Shown piece after piece: positions 7,548-17,165 of a stretch of 41,098 nt of DNA. Under the pieces are notes generated by a model, which ran no database searches, was not told where the DNA came from, and worked only from the letters and a program-made list of their open reading frames with translations. Location of the stretch: the UHGV virus genome UHGV-0386433, one strand, 5' to 3'. The translations under genes were made by a program, and so were the position numbers. Source of the stretch: a virus. Every line of letters begins with the position of its first letter. The stretch's first letter is position 1.

Positions 7548-8981
7548 ATGGGACTAATAACATGGGCTAAAAAGGTGATAGGAATGATATTCAAGCGACA
7601 GGCAGAAGAAGATTTTAATGTTGAGTCAGTAGTATCCCCGGAGATGGAAAGCAAGATTGCAGAGTGCGCCAATATCTACCGGGGTACTCCCTATTGGGTG
7701 AATGCTGACGATAACGTTAAGACAATCAATTTTGCAAAGGCTATATGCTCCGAGACGGCCCGGCTTGCCACGTTGGCTATTGGGATACAGATTGATGGGA
7801 GTGCGCGGGCGACATGGCTCCAGGAGCAGATTGATAAGATATATTTCCAGATTAGACATTGGGTAGAATATGGTATGGCCTACGGTACAATTATACTAAA
7901 GCCAAACGGTAAAGGACTGGACATATTCACACCGCAAGATTTTATTATTACAGACTGCGACAACGAAGGTATATATGGGATTGTGTTTAAGGATAGCTAC
8001 AGCGAAAACAAGAAATATTACACCCGGTTTGAATATCATAGGTTTGTTGAGGTCAAAGATGGAGACAATAACTATTATCCCTATTACATATCCAATAAAG
8101 CCTATGTTTCAAGCTCGGCAAACAGCTTAGGCGACCCTATTCCATTAAACAGAACTAAATGGGCGGACCTTATGCCGGAAACCCCGCCCATTTTAAAATC
8201 AAATGACGGAAAACTGGATGGTCCCATGTTTGGCGTACTCCGTACTCCACAGGCTAACAATGTGGATATTTCATCACCTTTGGGATTGCCAATGTTCACA
8301 GAAGCAATCGAGGAATTAAAAGACCTTGATGTAGCATACAGCCGAAATGTTGGTGAAATATTTGACAGTGAGAAAATTATATTGGTGGACGACCAGCTGA
8401 TGTTTGGAAGCGGCACAAACATTAAGGGGCGTTATGCTGGTATGAGCAACGAAAAGCTTCCTCATTATGTAAAAAATGTATTTGGAAATGGAACGGAATA
8501 TTTCTATCGGGAGATTGTTCCATCATTGAATACTGATACCAGAATTACTGGAATAAATAACCTACTCTCGTTTGTGGGATTTAAGTGTGGATATTCTAAT
8601 GGGTATTTTGTGCTTGATGAAAAGACAGGTATGGTCACAGCAACACAGGTAGAAGCTGATGACCGGAGGACCATACAGCTAATCAAGGATGTGCGCGACA
8701 AACTGGAAAGTTGTCTTGATGGGGCAATATATGCACTTAATGTATATGCTGATTTGTACGTACTGGCACCGCCAGGAAACTATGAAATAACATATGATTT
8801 TGGGGACATTACATACAACCGAGAAGAGGACCGGGCAAGATGGTGGCTGTATGTTGTGCAAGGAAAGGTGCCGGCCTGGATGTATTTCCAGAAGTTTGAA
8901 GGGTTATCCGAAGAAGATGCGAAAGCTATGGTGCAGGAAGCGCAGCCGAAGGAGAGTCCGAGGATGTTTGGGGAGGAATAG
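7548..8981 (+). CDS. Portal protein (SPP1 Gp6-like).
   Basis: 477 aa, placed directly after the terminase genes, with a portal-like sequence. Confidence 0.85.
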   Translation: MGLITWAKKVIGMIFKRQAEEDFNVESVVSPEMESKIAECANIYRGTPYWVNADDNVKTINFAKAICSETARLATLAIGIQIDGSARATWLQEQIDKIYFQIRHWVEYGMAYGTIILKPNGKGLDIFTPQDFIITDCDNEGIYGIVFKDSYSENKKYYTRFEYHRFVEVKDGDNNYYPYYISNKAYVSSSANSLGDPIPLNRTKWADLMPETPPILKSNDGKLDGPMFGVLRTPQANNVDISSPLGLPMFTEAIEELKDLDVAYSRNVGEIFDSEKIILVDDQLMFGSGTNIKGRYAGMSNEKLPHYVKNVFGNGTEYFYREIVPSLNTDTRITGINNLLSFVGFKCGYSNGYFVLDEKTGMVTATQVEADDRRTIQLIKDVRDKLESCLDGAIYALNVYADLYVLAPPGNYEITYDFGDITYNREEDRARWWLYVVQGKVPAWMYFQKFEGLSEEDAKAMVQEAQPKESPRMFGEE

Positions 8982-8983
8982 AT

Positions 8984-9277
8984 ATGGAAACATTAAAATT
9001 AAAAATCGAGAAACAGCATATCGAAAACATTTCTCCGCAACTATATCTCGTAGCAGGAACACAAAACTACCTCGAATGTGATTTTCAATTCGATACATCA
9101 TGGGTTGGATATAACAAGGTAGCTGTGTTTGAACAGAAATACTATGTTCCGATATTTGGTAATCGATGTCGTGTCCCGGATGATGTGGCACGGTTAAAAA
9201 GATTCTCCGTAAGGATAGTTGGGGAAAAGAAGGATGTAAGAAATGTAACGGATTTCGCAGTAATAGACCAGAGGTGA
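8984..9277 (+). CDS. Hypothetical protein.
   Basis: ORF translationally coupled to the portal gene. Confidence 0.45.
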   Translation: METLKLKIEKQHIENISPQLYLVAGTQNYLECDFQFDTSWVGYNKVAVFEQKYYVPIFGNRCRVPDDVARLKRFSVRIVGEKKDVRNVTDFAVIDQR

Positions 9278-9283
9278 CAATAC

Positions 9284-11941
9284 ATGTATACTAATAATTT
9301 GGATGATGCGTTTTCAGCATTTGCATCAGGCGCAACAGAAGAATGGGTAAAAAGTGATAAATACATGGATTATCCAGAATATCACGATGAAGAGTATACC
9401 TATATCGAAGGACGTACAATTGGTGATATTACTGCGCAGGTATCAGTGCAGGGAGAAGCATACAGCCAGTATATATCTTTTATGATAGATAGATACTATG
9501 ATGGAATTGATTTGATTGGAATGTCTATATGGATACACTATGAATTAAAAGATGGAAGCGGCAGCGAAGATAGTCCAGTGAATGTAATGTATAACGATAG
9601 TGCTATCAGATTTGGGTGGGTTATACCAGAAAAGGCGACGCAACAGTCAGGAGACATTAAGATTGGTGTATGGGTGAATGGTACAGCGCCGAATACAAAA
9701 GCGTATATATTAAAGACAGAAGAAAAGATATATACAATACATCCGGGGTTAATTCCAGGGTCTGGTATTACACAGCCAGACCAGAATTGGTTTGAGAATT
9801 TTGTTGTCCAAATGGATAATAAGGTATCCACCGCCCAGGGTTACGCGGATGATGCCCAGGCCAGTAGAACGGACGCTGCCGGTTCCGCTACGGCTGCTGC
9901 CCAGTCAGCCACCGCATCGGCACAGGCGTTACAGGATAATAAGGCCTACGTGGGCTATAACAAGCGGGAGACCGACCTTAAGTACGCCAATGCCCTGGTC
10001 GGGTCCGCATCCGGTATGGGAGGGGTTACGGTGGGGGATGCATGGGAAGCGCCGATACCCGGCATGGATATATCCGGTAAGAGTGAGCAGTTTTCTACGA
10101 CCGGGGCGCAGTTGCTGGACTTGAGCGCAATAAATAAGAGCGCAGCCGGAGCCGTTGTCAACTATGCTGATGGAGGTTACAGCATATCTGGTATAGGAGC
10201 ATTGACTGCTTCTTTTACAGTGTCCTGCGACCTGGATATTAAAAAGATTCTAAAACCGGGAAATCTGATATTAAAAAGTGAACTAACAGTACCCAAACTG
10301 TATATACGCGTATGGAATGGAAGTACAGTGTTGATGGAATTTCAGGGGAACAGTACAAGGCAGATAACCCAAGAGATAATTGACAATGAAAATATACGTT
10401 TTGAATGCTTTTTATATTCAAACGCCGGAAATACCATCACGCCTGGAACTTATTATCCCATGCTGTACCAGGATGGTGACGGGACCTGGGAACCCTACAC
10501 CGGCGGCAAGCCATCCCCCAGCCCGGAGTATCCGCAGCCCATCAAGGGGACTGGAACGGTCAGTAGCGGGGCGCAGATTCTGGACTTAGTGGATAAAACA
10601 GTTAAGGTATATGGAATAACCATGACTCTCAAAGATGGTGTATCCAGCTTAAAAGGTACTGCAACAGGGAGCGCAACATTGTGGTATTTGGGCAGCTATT
10701 TGTCATCAGTTGTGTTATTTGTATTACCTCCGGGAACCTATACTGTCACGGATTGCCGGATATGGTGGTCGGATGGCACCACCAATGTAAGTAAACAAGG
10801 AACATTCACAATCGCAGAACCGTTTGAGGTCACAGGAATATCCACGGCTACTTATTCTACGGGGAGTGTAGTAGATGAGACATTGCGTCCCATGCTCAAC
10901 ACAGGAGCCGCACCAAAACCCTGGGAACCATATACAGGCGGCAAACCCAGCCCATCATCAGAGTATCCGCAACAGCTGGATGTGACGGTGACGGGTGCCA
11001 ATCTGGTTGATGCAAACAATTTAAAAACCATAAATATGTATGGGGTTACGATAAATAACAATGGTGATGGAAGTTTTACAGTTAAGGGTACCGCCACAGG
11101 ATACGTAACCAGTATTTATAACCTATCCTTATGTCCTGGAATGTATACAGTAAGCGGTGGAAAAAATAATACTCAGTTTTTTATACGTATCAGCAAAGAC
11201 GGTCAGACTTATTCTACTTATAAAAACTCTTTTGAGATAAAGGGTGATGAAGTTTGGATAAAGGCATATATCCAGGTGGATATAGGTATGACGGCAGATG
11301 ACACAATATGGCCCATGCTCAATGTTGGTGACACAGCCCTGCCCTGGCAGCCCTACCAGTCCTGCACCGCATCCATCACCCTGACAGAGCCGTTACGCGG
11401 TATCGGGGACCATAAGGATATGATAACCATGACTAAACGGATTGACAGGTGTGTAGAACTAGTCTTCGATGGGAGTGAGAATTGGGCGGCAATATCGACA
11501 TATGAAGGATTTTATTATGCAGGCATATTGCCATTTTCCGCTATGAGAAGGGCTGGCCTATGCAATCAATTTCCTGTGGATACAAAAGGAGACGCGATTG
11601 AATCTGTCAGAATTGGTAATGGTAATTCTGTATTGTTCTGCGTATATAGCCGTTTTTACGATGATGCAGCCGCAGACAAGGGCCTTTCCGCCTGGAAAGC
11701 CCATCTTGCCGTCCATCCACTCAAGGTAGTCACATATCTGGACACCTCGGTAGAGACAGACCTGGATGCAACCACTGTTGCTGCCCTGAACGCCCTTACC
11801 ACTTACACCGGCACCACCCATGTCACCGTAACCGCAGGAGGGCCGGAACCGGATGTGGGGATGGGGTACGCGCAGGATACAAACGTTGTGATTGCTGAGT
11901 TAAAAAAACTGATAGAAGGAATGCAAAATGCTAAGTCCTAA
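9284..11941 (+). CDS. Large BppU-like receptor-binding/tail-fibre-type protein (885 aa). It has a BppU_N-like N-terminus, an Ala-rich linker (AQASRTDAAGSATAAAQSATASAQALQ) and three ~140-aa C-terminal repeats (PMLxxG...PWEPYTGGKPSPSPEYPQ).
   Basis: Protein motifs seen directly. DNA-level repeats start near 10486, 10921 and 11341. GC-rich patch 9830-10130. The gene sits between the portal and MuF-like genes. Confidence 0.65.
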   Translation: MYTNNLDDAFSAFASGATEEWVKSDKYMDYPEYHDEEYTYIEGRTIGDITAQVSVQGEAYSQYISFMIDRYYDGIDLIGMSIWIHYELKDGSGSEDSPVNVMYNDSAIRFGWVIPEKATQQSGDIKIGVWVNGTAPNTKAYILKTEEKIYTIHPGLIPGSGITQPDQNWFENFVVQMDNKVSTAQGYADDAQASRTDAAGSATAAAQSATASAQALQDNKAYVGYNKRETDLKYANALVGSASGMGGVTVGDAWEAPIPGMDISGKSEQFSTTGAQLLDLSAINKSAAGAVVNYADGGYSISGIGALTASFTVSCDLDIKKILKPGNLILKSELTVPKLYIRVWNGSTVLMEFQGNSTRQITQEIIDNENIRFECFLYSNAGNTITPGTYYPMLYQDGDGTWEPYTGGKPSPSPEYPQPIKGTGTVSSGAQILDLVDKTVKVYGITMTLKDGVSSLKGTATGSATLWYLGSYLSSVVLFVLPPGTYTVTDCRIWWSDGTTNVSKQGTFTIAEPFEVTGISTATYSTGSVVDETLRPMLNTGAAPKPWEPYTGGKPSPSSEYPQQLDVTVTGANLVDANNLKTINMYGVTINNNGDGSFTVKGTATGYVTSIYNLSLCPGMYTVSGGKNNTQFFIRISKDGQTYSTYKNSFEIKGDEVWIKAYIQVDIGMTADDTIWPMLNVGDTALPWQPYQSCTASITLTEPLRGIGDHKDMITMTKRIDRCVELVFDGSENWAAISTYEGFYYAGILPFSAMRRAGLCNQFPVDTKGDAIESVRIGNGNSVLFCVYSRFYDDAAADKGLSAWKAHLAVHPLKVVTYLDTSVETDLDATTVAALNALTTYTGTTHVTVTAGGPEPDVGMGYAQDTNVVIAELKKLIEGMQNAKS

Positions 11942-13145
11942 TTATCTACAGCATATAGCAGATGGAAGTGAAGAAATATCCTCGCAGTTACATACATACA
12001 TTATCCAACAGGTAGTTGACCGCATGATGATACGTATGGGTCGCGGTGAAGATTACCTGCTAACCTCCTCTGACCGATGGCGCATACAGATATTACAGGA
12101 TGCAGGATATCTGCTGGAGGATATAACGGCAGAGTTATCCAAAATCACTAAGCGACAGGAAAAAGAAATCAAGGCCGCAATGGAAGAAGCGGGAGTCAAG
12201 GCCCTGGAATACGACCATAAAATATATGAAGCTGCTGGTTTATCTCCAATTCCTCTTACTCAATCTCCGCAGCTTATCCGACTGATGGAACGAAACATGG
12301 ATGCAACAATGGGAGAGTGGGAAAACTATACCAGAACGACCGCAGAAGCCGCACAAAGGCTTTTTATAAACGAATGTGATAATGCATACCACCTTGTATC
12401 CTCTGGGGCTGTATCTTACACACAGGCCGTCAAAGAGGCAGTTAATAATGTGGTATCGGGCGGAGTAATAGTACAATATCCTTCGGGCCACAAAGATACC
12501 ATAGAAACTGCCACAGCGCGCGCAGTACGCACCGGAGTAGCCCAGGCCACGGGAGATATCTCTATTAAGCGTATGGAAGAAATGGACTGGGATATCATAC
12601 TGGTGTCGGCGCACATCGGGGCCAGAACCGGGGATGGAGGTCAGAATCCAGGAAATCATTTATGGTGGCAAGGGCAGTTTTACAGCAGGACTGGAAAGGA
12701 TAAGCACTTTCCTCCGTTTTCCCAGACTGGATACGGAACAGGTGAAGGGTTATGTGGATGGAACTGCCGCCATTCCTTCGGAAGCGGTGATGGGGTAAAC
12801 AATCCATACAAAGACATCCAAACCGCAGACAATTACAAGGTTGAGCAGCTGGAGAAGCGGCAGCGAACGCTTGAACGGCGCATCAGAAAGACCAAACGCG
12901 AGGTCATGGGGATGCAGGAGGCCGTGGATAAATGCAAGGACGAATCAGTTAAATTTGAAATGCAGTTAGACCTTGACCGCAAGTCGTATCTGTTACAGCG
13001 GCAGAATAAGGCATATAACGAATTTTGTAAAGAAAACGACTTACGCACCCAGCAAGAACGGTTACAGATTGCCAGATGGAACCGGGAGCAGGCGGCAAAG
13101 GCTAGGGGAGCAGCGCGGCGGTATCAGAATGTGAAAGGGAATTAA
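11928..13145 (+). CDS. Head morphogenesis protein (SPP1 gp7/Phage_Mu_F-like) with a coiled-coil C-terminus.
   Basis: Mu F-like motifs (PPF...GYGTGEGLCGWNCRHSFG). Confidence 0.8.
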   Translation: MLSPNYLQHIADGSEEISSQLHTYIIQQVVDRMMIRMGRGEDYLLTSSDRWRIQILQDAGYLLEDITAELSKITKRQEKEIKAAMEEAGVKALEYDHKIYEAAGLSPIPLTQSPQLIRLMERNMDATMGEWENYTRTTAEAAQRLFINECDNAYHLVSSGAVSYTQAVKEAVNNVVSGGVIVQYPSGHKDTIETATARAVRTGVAQATGDISIKRMEEMDWDIILVSAHIGARTGDGGQNPGNHLWWQGQFYSRTGKDKHFPPFSQTGYGTGEGLCGWNCRHSFGSGDGVNNPYKDIQTADNYKVEQLEKRQRTLERRIRKTKREVMGMQEAVDKCKDESVKFEMQLDLDRKSYLLQRQNKAYNEFCKENDLRTQQERLQIARWNREQAAKARGAARRYQNVKGN

Positions 13146-13331
13146 ATGAACGAAATTAATTTTAATGACGTTCCCAAGGATGAAACATGGGAAATTCCGA
13201 AAGAAGTAATAAATTACTATATGCGGAGTAATTATAGAGAAAAGGAAATACCTTTGAATATTTCTATCTGTAAAGAAATATTTGATATTTTAAAAATGGA
13301 GAATAGAAATGAGCAGATGGAAACCATATAA
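13146..13331 (+). CDS. Hypothetical protein (AT-rich).
   Basis: ORF at the start of the cargo island. Confidence 0.4.
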   Translation: MNEINFNDVPKDETWEIPKEVINYYMRSNYREKEIPLNISICKEIFDILKMENRNEQMETI

Positions 13332-13689
13332 TCCAAATCCTAAAAATGCCCGCGTAGGTGACTGTCCCATCCGGGCTATAACCAAAGCCCTAGATAGCGA
13401 CTGGGAAACGGTATTTGCCGGAGTGACTGTATGTGCGTGTGCTCTATCTGATATGCCATCAGCCAATCATGTGTGGGGTGCATACCTACGTCAAAATGGG
13501 TTTAAACGGCACATAGTGGATGACCACGGACAAGATGTATACACGGTCGAGGACTTTTGCCAAGATAATCCTATGGGAACATACATTTTAGCAATTACGG
13601 GGCATGTGGTGTGCGTGCAGGATGGTTATTACTGGGACACATGGGATAGTGGGCAGGAGATACCAATATACTACTGGGAAAGGCGATAA
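13309..13689 (+). CDS. Peptidase C39-like/papain-fold cysteine peptidase domain protein (126 aa).
   Basis: N-terminal VGDCPIRAIT (Cys motif) with C-terminal GHVVCVQDG...DTWDSG (His, Asp), in the Cys-His-Asp order of C39-like domains. Confidence 0.45.
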   Translation: MSRWKPYNPNPKNARVGDCPIRAITKALDSDWETVFAGVTVCACALSDMPSANHVWGAYLRQNGFKRHIVDDHGQDVYTVEDFCQDNPMGTYILAITGHVVCVQDGYYWDTWDSGQEIPIYYWERR

Positions 13690-13690
13690 C

Positions 13691-13996
13691 ATGGACTTGA
13701 TGGAGTTTGTAAAAACGGTTTTAGCAATATTTGGAGCAATATCTGTTTTGGGTGGAGGATTTGCAGTAATCCATAAATGGATATCTCCTGCCATTAAAAT
13801 GAATAAAAGAGTAGAGATATTAGAGGAGCACGATAAGCGGGACTACGATGTAATGAAGAAGTATGCTGAAAGAGACTCACTTATCCTTGAAGTGTTATTA
13901 ACTATGCTTGACAGCCAAATTGCGGGGCCTGGAAGCAACCTTGAACAGTTAAAAAAAACGAGAGAAAAACTTATTTTGTATCTTGCGCAGAAATAA
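13691..13996 (+). CDS. Membrane protein (N-terminal TM helix, coiled C-terminus).
   Basis: Hydrophobic segment VLAIFGAISVLGGGFAVI. ATG follows the upstream TAA. Confidence 0.45.
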   Translation: MDLMEFVKTVLAIFGAISVLGGGFAVIHKWISPAIKMNKRVEILEEHDKRDYDVMKKYAERDSLILEVLLTMLDSQIAGPGSNLEQLKKTREKLILYLAQK

Positions 13997-14004
13997 TAAG
14001 AGGT

Positions 14005-14211
14005 GTGTTTTTGAAAGTATATGACTTTACGGTGCCGGAGTTAAACTATTTCCGTACATACTGCAATTTCACAAATGATGAGCGGCAGCTATTTGAATTA
14101 CGTTCACAGAACATGCCGCTGGAACAATGTGCAGAAAAAATGAATGTCAGCGTGTCCACGGCAAAAAGATTGAGCCGAAAAGTCAACAATAAAATAATTA
14201 GAGTATGCTGA
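14005..14211 (+). CDS. Small sigma-70 region-4-like/ArpU-like HTH regulator (68 aa).
   Basis: C-terminal FTNDERQLFELRSQNMPLEQCAEKMNVSVSTAKRLSRKVNNKI resembles sigma region 4.2. Starts at GTG 14005 or TTG 14011 after AAGAGG. Confidence 0.5.
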   Translation: MFLKVYDFTVPELNYFRTYCNFTNDERQLFELRSQNMPLEQCAEKMNVSVSTAKRLSRKVNNKIIRVC

Positions 14212-14237
14212 TACTTGCATGATACTTTTATAAGTCT

Positions 14238-14275
14238 TTGACGACCTGTCAAGGGCTTATTTTTTATGGGATAAT
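14238..14275 (+). promoter_or_regulatory. Candidate promoter: extended -10 TGgGATAAT (14267-14275) and upstream TTGACG (14238-14243).
   Basis: Sequence match only. Lies in the 92-bp gap upstream of the PQ-rich gene. Confidence 0.3.
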
Positions 14276-14303
14276 TAGAATATAAAAGAACGGAGGGGAT
14301 ATA

Positions 14304-14774
14304 ATGCCGCAACCATTTATCAATCCAAACTATCTTAATGCATATCCAAACGCATACCCGTATCAACCGCAGATGCAACCGCCTATGGACCGATTGCAGC
14401 AGCTACAGGCACCATACCAGATGCCACAGCAGACACAAATACCGCAGGTCCCACAGACCAACCAGGGAATATTGTGGGTGCAGGGAGAAGCCGGAGCTAA
14501 GTCATATTTAGTAGCGCCCAGCACATCCATATTGCTGATGGACAGTGAGAATGAGTATTTTTATATTAAGACAACCGATGCGGCAGGTATGCCAACGCTT
14601 CGTACTTTTGAATATAAAGAGATTGTCAATGGTCAGAAAAAAGAATCTGTACCGGCTGAGAATCTGGATGAAAAATATGTTACTAGAAACGAGTATCTGG
14701 ATTTGAAAACAAAATACGATGAGTTATATGTACTCTTAGAATCCAGCACGGCACCAAGCGGAAAGGGGAAGTAA
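14304..14774 (+). CDS. Hypothetical protein with a Pro/Gln-rich low-complexity N-terminus.
   Basis: RBS GGAGGGG precedes ATG 14304. Confidence 0.55.
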   Translation: MPQPFINPNYLNAYPNAYPYQPQMQPPMDRLQQLQAPYQMPQQTQIPQVPQTNQGILWVQGEAGAKSYLVAPSTSILLMDSENEYFYIKTTDAAGMPTLRTFEYKEIVNGQKKESVPAENLDEKYVTRNEYLDLKTKYDELYVLLESSTAPSGKGK

Positions 14775-14777
14775 TAT

Positions 14778-15035
14778 ATGAATCCATTATTTAACATGTT
14801 AGGTGGAATGGGTGGAGGTAGCCCAATGGGTGGAATGATGCCGGGGATGGGTGGAGGAAATAACCCCATGCAGATGATACAGAAATTCATGGAATTTAAA
14901 AACAATTTCAAAGGCAATCCACAGGAAGAAGTACAGAAGATGCTACAGTCAGGGCAGATTACGCAGGACCAGCTTAATCAAGCCCAGCAGATGGCCCAGC
15001 AGTTTCAGCAGATGCTTGGAGGCATGAAAAAATAG
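14778..15035 (+). CDS. Hypothetical Gly/Met/Gln-rich low-complexity protein (85 aa).
   Basis: MLGGMGGGSPMGGMMPGMGGG ... QAQQMAQQFQQM. Confidence 0.5.
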   Translation: MNPLFNMLGGMGGGSPMGGMMPGMGGGNNPMQMIQKFMEFKNNFKGNPQEEVQKMLQSGQITQDQLNQAQQMAQQFQQMLGGMKK

Positions 15036-15088
15036 TACATAAATCAATGCGCATGATTTTGTAAATAAATTTAAAGGAGTAAATATTT

Positions 15089-15796
15089 ATGGAAAGTGGT
15101 TACTCTTTAGCGGACATTGCAGCCGCTACAGGAAACGGAAATAACAGAAATGGTGATGGTATGTGGGGCGATTGGATTTGGATTATCGTTCTCTTCCTGT
15201 TTGCCGGCGGCTGGGGCAATGGCAACGGCTGGGGTAATAACGGGTCAGGAGGTGCCGGATTGCAGGGATTAGCAACACGCGCAGACATTAACGAGGGGTT
15301 TGCCCTCAATGGAATCGAAAATGGTATAAGGGGGATTCAGCAGGGCATTTGTGATAGCACGTATGCGCTGAACAACACCATTACCAGCGGATTCAACGGT
15401 GTTGACCGCAGCTTATGCCAGATGGGATATCAGCTCCAGGATTGCTGCTGCCAGACACAGCGCGCAATTGATGGCGTAAACTACAACCTGGCTACACAGT
15501 CCTGTGATACCAGGAACACAATCCAGAATGCCACAAGGGATTTACTGGATAACAACAACAGCAATACCAGGGCTATCCTTGACTTCTTAACTCAGGATAA
15601 GATTTCCAGCCTTCAGGCAGAAAATCAGACCCTTCGGTTCCAGGCAAGCCAGACTGCCCAGAATGGCTTTATTGACGCAGTCGGTAACACCATCGTTGCA
15701 CAGCTTCGTCAGCCGCAGCCTGTACCGGCCTATACGGTTCCGGCTCCATATCCTTATGCGTCCGGTTGCGGCTGTAACGGCGGTTGTGGCTGTTAA
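15089..15796 (+). CDS. Hypothetical Gly/Asn-rich membrane protein (235 aa) with one TM helix (WIWIIVLFLFAGG) and a Cys-rich tail (GCGCNGGCGC).
   Basis: RBS AAAGGAG. Composition read from the sequence. Confidence 0.55.
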   Translation: MESGYSLADIAAATGNGNNRNGDGMWGDWIWIIVLFLFAGGWGNGNGWGNNGSGGAGLQGLATRADINEGFALNGIENGIRGIQQGICDSTYALNNTITSGFNGVDRSLCQMGYQLQDCCCQTQRAIDGVNYNLATQSCDTRNTIQNATRDLLDNNNSNTRAILDFLTQDKISSLQAENQTLRFQASQTAQNGFIDAVGNTIVAQLRQPQPVPAYTVPAPYPYASGCGCNGGCGC

Positions 15797-16029
15797 TGCG
15801 AAATGAACAGTTTTATGATAATTTAGCCATATATGCTACTGCACTGCAAATGATAGACCTATTACTATTGATGGGTGATGTTACTAACTCAGATATATTA
15901 GAGGCACTACAGCAACAGAATAAGGAATATATGGAAAAGATTATCGCTCAGAATGACAAGATACTTTTATTGCTGGAAAATTCACATGAATGTTCTTGTC
16001 AAAGTAAAACTTCCACCAAAAAGGTGTGA
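15796..16029 (+). CDS. Hypothetical protein (77 aa).
   Basis: ATG overlaps the upstream stop (TAATG). Confidence 0.4.
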   Translation: MRNEQFYDNLAIYATALQMIDLLLLMGDVTNSDILEALQQQNKEYMEKIIAQNDKILLLLENSHECSCQSKTSTKKV

Positions 16030-16037
16030 TTCTTAAA

Positions 16038-16066
16038 GGGGTGGAGAAATCCACCTCTTTTTATTT
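16038..16066 (+). terminator. Rho-independent terminator: GGGGTGGA-gaaa-TCCACCTC followed by TTTTTATTT.
   Basis: 8-bp stem with one G-U pair, a 4-nt loop and a U-tract. Directly followed by RBS AAGGAGG and ATG 16081. Confidence 0.7.
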
Positions 16067-16080
16067 AAGGAGGACTTAAT

Positions 16081-16518
16081 ATGTTTTGTAGAAGAACAGA
16101 ATACGTGAATTACAATATGAGAATGCAGTTACTTAAAACTGTAGAGGTTGCAGTTGATGGCGGGGAAATCGTTCTTGTTGTCCCAAGAGCAATCTTTTCT
16201 AATTATGAAAACGTATTATTGTGTATTACCCAGAGTATCCCATATAGTGCAGACAATGAATCAGTATACATCCAGGCTGGTTACTCAGTTGGGGGAAGCT
16301 CGCCAGAACGTTATCAGATTCGTGATACTAATGGGAATACGGTATACTCCTACCAGTTAAGGCCGCGAAAATTATATAGACTGATTGCAAATCAGAATGA
16401 AGAAGGTTTTGTAATCAATCCATGTAATCTTGAGCATAACGGTACGATACTGGCAAGGGTAGCCCCAACAACGCCGCCAGCAAATTCAGGAGATGCGGGA
16501 AAGGAAGGTAATGCATAA
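16081..16518 (+). CDS. Hypothetical protein (145 aa).
   Basis: Strong RBS AAGGAGG. Confidence 0.55.
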   Translation: MFCRRTEYVNYNMRMQLLKTVEVAVDGGEIVLVVPRAIFSNYENVLLCITQSIPYSADNESVYIQAGYSVGGSSPERYQIRDTNGNTVYSYQLRPRKLYRLIANQNEEGFVINPCNLEHNGTILARVAPTTPPANSGDAGKEGNA

Positions 16519-17060
16519 TGCGTGATATGGAAAGGTTATTAGAAAAAATCTGCGAAGAGCTTGACAAGATTGCAGAAAAAGGGCTGAATACCGGGAATCT
16601 GGAAACTGCCTATAAACTTATCGATATGTATAAGGACCTCAAAAATACTGAGTATTGGGAGGTAAAGGAAGCTTATTACATGGAGGATATGGGAATATTG
16701 GGTGGATATAGTGAATCCCGTAGACGTGATAGCAGGGGAAGGTATAGCCGCGCTGATGGTCGTATGTCGCCGGACTACGATATGGATAGTTCATACCGTG
16801 GTACGCGCGGAAAACATTATGTAAGGGGCCACTACAGCCGTGCAAATGGTCCCGATGCATATGATGATTACATGAATCAGAAACAGTCTTACCGCTCCGG
16901 TGGAAAAGATGAAGAGTGCAAACGGCGTATGCTGTCTGCATTAGAGGAACATATGGACATGTTGACCGAAGAATTAGGAGATTTAGCAAAAGATGCTGAT
17001 TGTCGCGAAGAACGGGAAACGATGAAGCGGTATATTGAAAAGCTTCGCAATGTGATGTAA
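16518..17060 (+). CDS. Hypothetical protein (180 aa) with an Arg/Tyr/Asp/Ser-rich central region.
   Basis: ATG overlaps the upstream stop. Confidence 0.5.
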   Translation: MRDMERLLEKICEELDKIAEKGLNTGNLETAYKLIDMYKDLKNTEYWEVKEAYYMEDMGILGGYSESRRRDSRGRYSRADGRMSPDYDMDSSYRGTRGKHYVRGHYSRANGPDAYDDYMNQKQSYRSGGKDEECKRRMLSALEEHMDMLTEELGDLAKDADCREERETMKRYIEKLRNVM

Positions 17061-17066
17061 TGCATT

Positions 17067-17092
17067 GGCGGCGGGGAAAACCTGCCGCCTTT
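17067..17092 (+). terminator. Candidate weak terminator: hairpin GGCGGCGGG-gaaaa-CCTGCCGCC followed by TTT.
   Basis: 9-bp stem with one mismatch and a short U-run. Confidence 0.35.
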
Positions 17093-17165
17093 GTAAAATG
17101 TGGGGACGATTGTTTTTTATAAATACTGTAAAATAGGAGTAGGAATAGACAGAAAGGGTGAAAAC

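Noticed and set aside
9792-10124. 110-aa Arg/Pro-rich + strand ORF in an alternate frame of the 885-aa gene
   Set aside because: Artefact of the GC-rich patch. It lies inside a well-supported longer ORF.
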